Positions 11,201 through 23,200 of a DNA stretch of 41,385 nucleotides are shown here, in pieces. The translations under genes were made by a program, and so were the position numbers. Each line of letters opens with the position of its first letter. The first letter of the stretch is position 1. The notes beneath the pieces were generated by a model. The model did not search any database and had not been told where the DNA came from. It saw only the letters and a program-made list of their open reading frames with translations. Where the stretch lies: NCBI GenBank assembly GCA_002633005.1, contig NMRA01001195.1, positions 1 through 41,385 on the forward strand, written 5' to 3'. The DNA comes from Phoronis australis (Eukaryota > Animalia > Phoronida).

Positions 11201-14200
11201 ATCACACCAGCGTCAGAGCCAATCCAACTCCAAGCAATCTAGTGGAGACCAGTCGGGGAAGAAGAAATGCCCTAATTGTGGTTATGTCCATAGATCCCCT
11301 GGGCCTGAAGCCTGCCCTGCCAGAGGGAAAATATGTCGGTTCTGTTCGAAACAGGGTCACTTCGCCTCCGTATGCCGTAACAACAAAGTAAATGAAGTTT
11401 ACGAAGAGGAGGACAACCAACAGGCTGATCAGTTCTGTGGTGCAGTAACTTGACTACTTCCTAGGCGTCGCCCTGGCGGTCCTCTTAGTTGTTGAAGACA
11501 GTTCATCGCAAGAACTGTGTTCAAGGGACAGAATTATCATTTTCGTGTGATGGTGGTTGATGGAAAAGTTGAAAGTCTTCTTGGCCGGAGTAGCCAGTCA
11601 GATGAACCTTATCGTTCGAGTTAACTCCGTTACTGAAGATAAAGGACTTCTCAATACTGACCCAGTCACGATATCCCTGAAGGACAATGCCCAGCCATAT
11701 GCCCTAAACGTAGCTCGACGTATTTCGTTTCCACTTGAGAAGAAAGTGAAAGAGGAGATTGACCGTCTTACCAAACTTGGAATCCTCAATATTGTAACTC
11801 GTCCTACGCCGTGGTGTGCCCCGATGGTACCTGTCTCGAAAAAAACGGGCAAAGTCAGACTCTGTGTCGATCTAAAGAAGTTGAATGTGAACATCCGACG
11901 AAAAAGATTCGTCCTGCCAACCCTAGAGGATGTGACTTCGAAACTCCTGGGAGCAACAATTTTCAAATGTCTTGACGCAGCGAGTGGTTTCTACCAGATC
12001 CCTCTAGCAGAAGAGAGCCAGGACTTAACTACTTTTATAACCCCATTGGGCGTTATTGTTTCCGTTGTCTTCCATTCGGCATTACCTCTGCCTCTGAAAT
12101 CTTCATGAGGAAAATGCTAGAAGTGCTAGAGGGCCTGGACGGCGTGTTTGTGTATATGGACGACATCTTGGTGTATGGTGCGAATGCTGCCGAACACGAC
12201 GCTAGGTTGTCAAAGGTCTTTGAAACCCTTCACCGAGCTGGCCTAAAGCTTAATCAAGATAAATGCTTGTCCAGGAAAGAAGAGCTGAAGTTCCTAGGTC
12301 ACCTATTCAGTAAGAATGGAATACGGGTCGACCCAGGCAAGGTTACAGCCATCCTACAAATGCAGCCGCCCAAGTCAGTCACTCAAGTTCGTCAGTTCAT
12401 GGGAATGGTACACTACCTTTGTTCATATCTACCTGACCTGAACTCTATCACCGGTCCACTAAATGATCTACTGAAGTCAGACCGCCAATGGACTTGGGAT
12501 GCGCCCCAAGAAGAAGCTCTTAAAAGGACGAAACAGCTTATTGCATCAACTCTCATCTTGTCTTACTATGATGTGACAAAGCCAATTATTGTAAGCGCTG
12601 ATGCCAGTTCTTATGGTCTGGGTGGTGTGTTGTTACAGCAGCAGGACAGCATTCTTAAGCCAATAGCCTTTTGTTCTCGCACCCTCACACAGAGTGAACA
12701 GAAGTATGACCAGATCGAGAAAGAATGTTTGGCGAGTGTGTGGGCATGCCAAAAGTTTGACCGCTATATCTGTGGGCACAGCAATGTCACAATATATACC
12801 GAACACAAGCCTCTTGTCCCTCTTATCAACTCCAAGAGCCTGGATGAAGTACCATTACGCTGTCAGAGGCTTCTAATGAGACTGATGAGACATGATGTCA
12901 CACGTGTCTGATGCGTTATCAAGAAGCCCTCTCGCCCTAAAAGACTCTTCAACTGACCAAGATGTTCAACTACATGTACAGTCAATCGGGTCAAGCCTGC
13001 CAGTTACACACGACAAGAAGATGAACATCCGTAAAGCAACGTCTGAGGTCAGCCATCGTATACACCCTAACTGGTTGGCCGAGGTATGAAAGAGATGTTC
13101 CTGAAAGCTTGAAGAGTCTAAATGCACATCGTGCATCACTGTCTGTCACTGATGGTCTGATAGTCTTCAATTCAAGGATCGTCGTTCCTCAATGGTATGA
13201 GACCAGAAATACTTGACAGAATCCATGACGGCCATCAGGGAATGACAAAGTGTCTCGAGAGAGCACGGCTAGGTGTGTGGTGTCCTGGTATCACCAATGA
13301 TATAAAGAGGACTGTTAAACTGTGTAGTCACTGTACAGCGAAGAAGCCAACCCAAAAGCGTGAACCTCTTGTGACAACTCCATTGCCACAGGGTCCATGG
13401 CAGCGACTCGGGGTTGATTTGTTCTTCTTCAAAAGCAAGAACTACCTAGTGATGTGTGACTACTACTCACGTTGGATAGAGATTCTCGCCCTCAGTTCAA
13501 CAAACGCTACAGCCGTCATCTGCCGCATGAAGGACGTATTAGCTCGATTCGGTGTCCCAACCGAGGTCGTATCTGACAATGGTCCGCAATTTACGTCCAT
13601 GGATTTCAGAGAGTTTTCATCTAAGTACAATTTTTCGTCATGTTACCTCTAGTCCTTATATCCTAATTCCAACGGGGAAGCAGAGAGAGCTGTCCAAACA
13701 GCTAAAACTATGTTGAGCCAAGATGACCCCTGGCTTGCCTTGATGGTCTACCGAGACACCTCGATTGCAGCAACATGAGCTAGTCCATCACAGCTCACAG
13801 TAGAAAGACATTTGAGAACTACACTACGTGTTCCGTCCTCAACACTAGAGCCAAACCGAGAGCAGATCCTTGCCAAAGATCAGAAGTACAAGGCGACATC
13901 TTCGACGTCCTATAACCGACATCATGGTGCTAAGCCACTTCAACCGCTTCAACAAGGAGAGCCTGTCTTAGTCAAGACACATAGTGAGAAAGGGAATCGT
14001 CCGCGGTGAAGCGAGCCCGCCAAGATCATATCTAATTGAGACTAAGTCTGGAGTTTGTAGAAGGAACCGCCGTCATCTTAGGGAGATGCCACCGATAACA
14101 ACTGATCCTACAGCAAGAACCATGTCATCGAAGGTCACCTCTCATGCGCCACCTACTTGTGTTGTTCCTAAACAGTGTGTAATGGCTATGACTTCAGACT

Positions 14201-17200
14201 CTCCAGGATCTCCTCGTCGTGTTAAAAGACCTGATCGCCTGATCGAATCAATGTAGTGTGTTTGTTTATACAGTGCCTGGATTCTATATAATAATCCATA
14301 GCGACAATGGAGTGAAGTGCTCGTAACCTCTCCTCCTAAAGAATTTGTGTTTTTGTGTGCCTTAAGGAAATTACTCAGTGAGTAGTGTGTTCTAAAAGAC
14401 TTGAGTTCCAAAAGACTTTGTGTTGATACGAACATTTTATTTGAACTCTCAAGGACTGAAAGACATTCTAAATAGTTGTCATGTGGCGGCGATCGATCAT
14501 CGCTTACGTGAAATGATGTAAACATGTTCTCTAGTAAAACTAGAAGGGATTTTAATGATGGCTTCCTATGAATTGATAGTTGGTCATTGCTTGAGACTAC
14601 GTTGCTTATCATGGCGTGACATATTAAGTAGCGACGATGGTCTCAAGGAATAAAAAACTACCAGCTCTTTGTAAACCCAGAAATCCTTTGTTGATCTGAG
14701 TAAGGAACAAGTTGGCTTCTTTGATGCTTAGAGCAATTATCACTTTGATTTATGAGTCATTTACGACGTTAATTTCACTCCTCAATATCATCTTGTAATG
14801 TCTACATTCTCCGAACTCGCAAACGATGAATAGTTTGTAGATGTAAAAAAGTCACCTACTTAGAGACGTGGTTGGTTGTTAGCAGACGTTTCGACCCGGT
14901 TCATGAGAGGGCGCTGACTGTTGATGTTTATAACTTCTTTGAGCTTACGAGTATGCCAATTTTGTTCCTTGGCTAGGATCCTGGATGACGCAAGAGAGGC
15001 GGTGTGGCCAGGCGCCAAAATATGTTCCCCCACAGCTGTTGGTCTGTCTAGTTTCAGATGTTCTTTGAATCTGGTAAGGAACGGTCTCTTGGTTTCTCCA
15101 ACGTAGGTGTGGTTGAGATGCTGGTCACATTTCAGCTGGTATATGACCCCACATTGTTTAGCCATCGGGGTTGGGTCTTTGGGTCTGACTAGTAGGGAAC
15201 GGAGGGTGTTGAAAGGTTTCATGTAAGAGGGAATTCCGTGGGTTCTGTATGTGTGTTGTAGACGTTCAGATATTCCTCTTATGTATGGGATGGCAACGGA
15301 GGGACCATCGAGTTTTTCAGTAAATTTACGACTAGGGGGGTCAGTAAACATCCATTCCTGGTATCCATTAGTTCGCAAAGCATCTTCAACATGGTCCATC
15401 TCTTCGACATAGTCACGGTAGTCAGTGATGTAAGGGTCAGCTCTATACAGGAGGGTACGGGCGACTGAATGTTTGTGCTTTAAGAGGTGGTTGGAAGAAA
15501 ACTGGAGCTATTGGTCCGTATGTGTCTGTTTCCTGTAGATCTTGATTTTGATGGAGCCATTATCGAATACGTGTATGCAAGAACGGCAAGGTTACCTGAT
15601 TGATACATCTTGGAGGAGGCGGTGTGGCCTGGTTGATAAGTGCCCGCTTTCTTTACTCGAGGTTGTGGGTTCAAGTCCCACCAGGTCACACTGCTAAACC
15701 CTTGAGCCAGGTTTCTAGCTCCTCAGCTCGGTTTTAACCATATATTAATAAAGCATAAAAATATTTTCAGGTGATCAGTGCAATGGGCCCACATGCGAGG
15801 CCTGCGCACGTCTGATACAACGTGTATCAGGCCGCCTGCAATTATTTTTTTTTATTTATTGATTGATACATCACTGACTACCGTGACTATGTCGAAGAGA
15901 TCGGCCACGTTGAAGATGCTTTGTGAGCTAATGGATACCAGATGTTTATTGACCCCCCCTAATTGTAAATCAACTGAAAAACTCGATGGTCCCTCCGTTG
16001 CCATCCCATACATAAGAGGAATATCTGAACGCCCACAACACACCTACAAAACCCACGGAATTTCCTCTTTCATGAAACCTGTCAACACCCTCCGTTCCCT
16101 AGTTACTAGTCAGAGCCAAAGATCCAACCCCGATGGCTAAACAATGTGGGGTCATATACCAGCTGAAATGTGACCACGATCCCAACACATTTACATTTGA
16201 AAAACCAAGAGACCGTTCCTTATCAGATTCAAAGAATATCTGAAACTAGACAGACCAACAGCTGTGGGGGAACATATTTTGGCGCCTGGGCACACCATCT
16301 CTCTTGCGTCATCCAGGATCCTAGCCAAGGACCTAAATTGGCATACTCGTAAGCTCAAAGATGCCATAAACATCAACAGTCAGCGCCCCCTCCTGAACCG
16401 GGACAGAGGACTCCACTTACCCCCGTGTACTCCAGCATTCTCAACGAGCGAAAGGCGGGAAATCTCTCATTCATCGACAAAGACCTGGCGGACCAGGTCG
16501 AAACGTCTGCTAACAACCAACCACGTCTCTAAGTAAGCGATTTTTTTACATCTACAATGCCTCTAGAGACCAATGACGAACCTATTCTCCAGAATGAATA
16601 GTTTGCAAGTAGGACTGTACGATGCTAGAGAATATTCAAAATCTTTGTCGAATACAGTTTGGACTGTTTGTTTGATTTCATAAACATTGCGTAATGAGTT
16701 TTAATTAGATAGGTTGTTATCATGGACGTGTAGACAGGTGTAAAGTGAAACAAGTTTAACATTGCGTAATGAGTTTTAATTAGATAGGTTGTTATCATGG
16801 ACGTGTAGACAGGTGTAAAGTGAAACAAGTTTAACATTGCGTAATGAGTTTTAATTGGATAGGTTGTTATCATGGACGTGTAGACAGGTGTAAAGTGAAA
16901 CAAGTTTAACATTGCGTAATGAGTTCTAATTGGATAGCTTGTTATCATGGACGTGTAGACAGGTGTAAAGTGAAACAAGTTTAACATTGCGTAATGAGTT
17001 TTAATTAGATAGGTTGTTATCATGGACGTGTAGACAGGTGTAAAGTGAAACAAGTTTGGATTGTTTTTCAGGTACTGCCAGCTCGCACCATTGCATTGTC
17101 CCAAACAATGTCTCCATAGCAACCCACATTCCATGGAATAACGAGACAAATTCGTTCTCATCGTGTATGATTTACGATGACAACAGTGAGGTGCCGTGTA

Positions 17201-20200
17201 CAGAGGGGTGGTCATACGAGGAAAGCAAACATCTTACTATAGCGAATGAGGTGAGCGTGAGCTAACTGGGTTCGTGCCGCATTCGCTCGAGAATTCACTC
17301 AAAATTCACTAAACACATGGATCTCAGCTCTCCTCGACTCAGCTAAAAGTTTCGTATTAAAACAGACTGTTATTACCTTCATCTTTTGTTACTTGCCGAT
17401 AATTTATGGACAATTGGAGGGATAGGGGGGGGGGGGGNTGCATAGGAATGAGGCACGTACATAGTGTCTGCTGTTTATTTCGATGAGCCACAGGAATAAA
17501 AATCACTCTGTAAAAAAATGAAAATGGTAAATAACCATAGGCCTACGCCATACATGCCATTTGCAAAACAACAGTGTTTGAATTATCCGCACGTATTACG
17601 CAAATAAGGTGAAGATATGAGAACCTTGCTTGTACTGCGCGTAGAGCACATAGCTTGTGTTGCGTAGAGTACCTAGCTTGTGCTGCGTAGAGATGAGCAG
17701 CTAGCTTGCGCTGCGTAGAGCGCTTGGAACGCTTGTCCTGCCTCACCCTTGGCCTGCTTCATAGCCAGATTTAAGGACTGTACAAACTTCAGCCAGTTCG
17801 TTAGCAGCAGACGTAATGTGACGTATGTCATTGGACTTCATAAAAATCTTGAATTTCTCCGAAACGAATTGAGGTGCGTTGCCAGAATCAGTTGTCTCGG
17901 GCAGTCCAATTCGGGAGAAAATCATAAATCTTTTGTGTATTTGTGTCGTTCTTTACTCTCAGATCTTATCGTTTTCTATGATTTTACCTGTATTAAATGA
18001 CCCTGTAGTTCAATGAAAATAAATATGGTCTTAGTTCTTAAATTATGGACGTTACATGCAAAGATCCCTTCTCATTTCCAATAACATCGATAGTTCAACG
18101 TAGAGTTCACTCTGGATTTGTATCAAATGAAAAATTGACTTGGTTATGATGCTAAAACAAAGTAAGAAAGGAAAATCATTGTTTTCCACGAACACGCACT
18201 AGATTTAAGGGAAATAGTTGAGTCCCTAGTTGTGATTGTTTAATTAAACTGAGCACCGGAATGTATACATACTCAAAACGTACTGAGAGTGGCACACATG
18301 AAGTAATATCCCAAGAGACATTATTCGGCGTACGGACCGTGACCGAAGGTCGAGGTCGATACCAGGAATAATGTCGAGTGGGATATTACTTCGTCTACGC
18401 CAATCGAGGTACGTTTTCTATTTATCCCATACGCTTCGAATTCCTAAGTTTCTTTCATTTTTCTCGCATTTTTTTAAATGCTTCACTCTGACTGTTCACG
18501 TGGCGGAACACATACTATACATGTATGTATGTACTTGCGCGCTAGGTTGCAAGTTTTCTTTAGTAAAAGAAACAGTTCTAAATGTAACGATTTGTTACTT
18601 GAAAAGAGATAACAAAGATGAAAACAACGGTAACTTTGCATTGGACTTGTAACATCTCCTGAAAATAGTTAAAAAACAACAATGTTTGATATTGGCTAGG
18701 AATCGGCGCCCGATATAATATATAGAAATTGAAAACTGAGGCAGAACTGTCATGCAATTAACAAACCGTTTCTTTTTGCCTTGTTGCATCCACTGGAAAG
18801 AAATTGTGAGATACCAAGAAATTGCGATTTTGGCATTTTCTCCCTAAAATCACAAATTCGCAACTGCCCCGGCCTACACTCGTGTGGGTCATGATCTTTA
18901 TCACCTACTGCTCTACACCCTGTGTCATTTTGTTACTGTCTGAATATGAGCCACGACCTGTCACGAAATATTGTTACCGGGAGGAAAATTTCTTCCAAAG
19001 GGCCCACTCAGCATCAACGTTTTTGTCACAAATTCAGTTTTGTGGAACATTTACCATTTATAAAAACGAAAAAGGTGTTGGTGAACTATGCATTTATTAA
19101 CATAAAATTTTAAAATACAGTTTTAAGTAAACATGTCAAACTCAGCACTTTCCGTTTAAAAGCTCCACTTTTCCGAATAATGTTTCTAAAACGCCTGAAA
19201 TTTTTCATTTTCCGAATACACGCTCATGAGTCTACGGAGAATCCCGGTATGCACGTCTCCAGTGTCGTTCGACGGCTGGTATACGCCAGTGTTTATGAAA
19301 ATCGCCAATCGTTCGTGCGTTTAATGAATTCTATCTCCGGAAGGGTCGCTGCTAAATTATTGGAATATGTGAATTGTGCATTTCCACTATACGATTGACG
19401 CTTAACTTAGTAGGTCTCCAATGAAAGAATCATTATTGGTTTGTAAACTGAATCTCGGTTTAAAAAGCATGATGTATCATGACACTATGCACGACTTGCT
19501 TTGGCATACATGTGCGACTAACTTGTCTCATTTTTACAGTTCGACCTAGTCTGTGACCGTACCTATCTCAGCGGTCTTGTGCACACACTGTTTGTGTCCG
19601 GTTCATTAACCGGAGCCTTCGCCTTCACGAGACTAGCTGATATCTTCGGCCGGAAGCCAGTGTTCGTGACGAGTATGGTGCTCACGGCCGTTGTACTCAC
19701 GTTAGCCAGTCTCTCACAGTCAATAACATCTTATCTGGCCGTCCGTTTCCTAGCAGGCACATTGATTCAGGTAGTTGAGTACTTTAACATTGGCGGCAGA
19801 GCACTGAACAAAGTGGGGGGGGGGGGGGGGGGGGGGTGGNAGCCCTCCAGCCGTATAGGTGCGCCGCCCATGTGTAACATATTTGATTTGTTGACTGATA
19901 CATTTGGGTCATTAGCAGACCATTAAGCCCTGTGTAAAGAGATTAAAATTTGTTTTTGTTTCTTGTAAGTGTTCCGGATAATTGGCCATCTTGGGCATAA
20001 GTTTCTGGTCGACAATTTCGGAAAATTTAGAGCCAAAACAAGAAGTCCATCTCTGTTACTAAATTTTCTCCGTTCTTATTGTGTACCACAACTATGTATG
20101 GTTACTATTTTTTTATCTCATCTGTTGTTTTGACCAAAACAAATTAATCGATACTCACGCGAGATCTCTTAATGACGACATGTTACCATTTTCATATGTT

Positions 20201-23200
20201 CTTGATAATTTTTTTACTGTTTAAGTACCATCAAAATTGTAGAATTTTGAGTATATCAACGTCTCCATTTCAACAGGGTTGTCAAAGTGGATTCACGTAC
20301 TCGATGGAGATGTTTTCAGCCAAACATCGTACATTTGCAGGTGACAAAATAATTCTTCCGCTAAAATAGTTCTCTGAAGCTAAATAACTATGTTGTTAAC
20401 TCTTGTTTTGCATGTCATCCTAACAAAAACCGTCAAAGTAACAGTGAAAACAGCCATTACAAATACAGCGCGTTTGGCTTCAACTCCAGACGTCAGCATT
20501 GTCAAAATCGGGGCGTACCTTTTGTCTGGCATCTTGATTTTCAGTCCAGTTATCTACCACGATTGAACGAGTATTTATAACATGCATCAAAGAATCTTAA
20601 CCTAATTTTTATCCTTTTTCTTTGGGTAAAAGATGACGTTTCATGAATAATTTGATTTCAGAAGCAAAACAGTTCGAAAAAGTTTAGCCAGCGATGCTTC
20701 TTATGCGGTAATTACTCGGCTCCACCGGCAAAAGGATGGCGGACCAGCGCCCGGCTGGAAAGCAAACCCCTTTATTGATGATTAACATGGTGCCGTTAAA
20801 AACGATCAATGGCGGCCATGCCAATTTTGCTTGGATGAATTTATTCAATTATTACCTTGCTTTATTACTGTGTGACCCAAATCGGTGCAGTGTAAAGACT
20901 GGAAGTTAGCCTTCTGCGGGCCAACATTTCGTTGGAATGCATGTTTTTTAAAATGTTTTTCGCCTAGTATGTCGTTAGAGTAGAATGATTTTTAAACAGT
21001 TTGTGCTCGTCAGCTGTGTCATTAGATTAGATGTTCCTTAAGCACTTTCTACTTCTCGAGGTTTTGTTGCCCGAATCCACATTCCTTATACATATGCTGT
21101 TCTCGTCAGGTTTGCCGTTAGATCAAATGTTCCTTAAATATGTCGTCTTCTCACCAGGTATGTCGTTGGAATACGTCTGGTGTGGGTGCATGCTGGTCAT
21201 TGTCGGTCTAGCTTACGGCATACGAAATTGGCGCCTGTTACAATTGATTTGTGGACTTCCGGGTCTGTTGGCTGTGGTGCTCTATTGGTAGGTTGTGTAC
21301 AAACTCTGGATGAAGGTTTAGGAAGACGTGGAAAGACGTTAAAAAGAATCTGTGTGGGTATTAACACAAAATACCAAATTTTCTACGTGTTGGAGGCTGT
21401 ACGGAATATTTTGCAGAAACATTGAGGCAACGCAGGCCCGCCCGTACTGCGTAATATAACGGGAATAGCATTTTATAGTTTGGTTGTCGCCTGCACAAAG
21501 CAATGATAACCGTGGGTCTGTAACACATCCGCCTGTTTTTGGAACGAGAACTCTTTTTCTAAAAGAACTCGTTTGTAGCACTTATTATTACGCACGTGGT
21601 AATGACCTATTGTTCACTTGGACCAATCTCGCGCTGTACTACTCACGGCATACTGCACACGCGGATATAGGGACCAAGATATTCTTGATACCCGTGGTCG
21701 AGTGCTGAGTTACTCATTGATACAGTTACCAAGGTAACTTGAATAGCACGCATACCCTGATAAATGTACCAAGGCAAATATAAAAGTAGGCGCCAGGATT
21801 GTGTTTGAATTGCACATGGAGTTTTTTTGCGAGATGCAAGGCGCGATTTTTTTGTTTGAGATAATTTAACCTTTTGTCAGAACAAGGAAGTTGGTCAAGA
21901 ACGTAACATCAACTCTGAGTTTAGCAAATAATGTGCCACATGTTTTAAATAAATTGTTTAATTAGTGCAATAAAATGAATGGTATATGTTTCTATTTCAG
22001 CAACCGGCCCGTGGTACTATGTCAACCCTTAACGAATGGACCATTTACAAAAATAATCTATTTACAGACAATTCATATCAATTATAACAGAACAAGTAGT
22101 ATCTCTTGTCCTTGACGGATATTCCTTGTGGGCTTGAATACTTAGTTCAAGCGTATGTATCGCTACGGTCTGGATATTAGCAATACGTATTGCTACGCTC
22201 TGGATATTAGCGATATAATTTGACAAATAATACATGCCATCGATTTCTTTCTGGCCAGTTTCATAATTGTTTAGCGTAATCTGAAATATAATTTTTTTAA
22301 AAACTGCTCTTGAATTTTTTATATTTAAAGGGCAATACCGGAATCGGTCCCCTGGTTACTGACAAATGGAAGGATTGAAGACGCTAAGCAAGCAATCAAA
22401 AGAATAGCGCGATTCAACAAAGTTGAAATTCCGAAAATCCGTGATGATTCTTCTGAGATAGAACAAAGTCAGTCATTGGATTTAGTAAAAAAGGAACATG
22501 TCGGATATGATGTCGACTGCTTACTAAGTGACAAGTATTCCGATCAACTGGGGATTCTTGGCGAAGTACTGCGACGGAGCTCCCAGAATCTTTTCATTGG
22601 ACGTTTGGGAGGCAGTAGAGCGAATGTTTTGGATCAAAGATCGTCTGAGAATCAAAACTTTGATGCAGAAAATGTAGACACGGGGTATTGTTTCAGTTCA
22701 TGTTAAACCAATCCATTGTGAACACAGACATTGTTTCACCTCCATGTTCAGACTTGGTACTGTTAACATGTGCATGTTACTGTTAACACACTTTTACTAA
22801 ACAATTTCACCCGATTGGTGAGTTATATATTGGGCGAATTTTATGAGACATAACTAAGTACTTACAACAAATTAAACGTTGGAGCTCGTTATAAATGTCA
22901 GAAAGACTGACCTACGTGATATTTCATGACCCTATCGCCCGCTTTTCTAACAAATAGGCTTTCCCGTATCCAGCGTGTTCTCTTTCCGGTATCATGGGCA
23001 AACATTTTGGACTGCGTGTTGCTGCAAAGGTGTGAAATGAGTCGTTGCTTGTGTGTTCGCTTCTTGCTTGTGTTCGTGCGCGCGGGGCCGTCTATATTAT
23101 TCCATACGGCAACTAAGACCAGGTGTACAGTAGTGAAACTGGTCGCCGGTTCGGTACCCGTCCATCTAGTCATGATTCTGAGGATAATCGCAACCAACGT

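Noticed and set aside
14142-14612. 156-aa antisense ORF at the gypsy 3' end (env-like or accessory gene?)
   Set aside because: No signal peptide, transmembrane pattern or recognisable motif; likely a chance ORF.
16625-17215. 196-aa repetitive minus-strand ORF
   Set aside because: It is a product of the 75-bp minisatellite and is antisense to a real exon.
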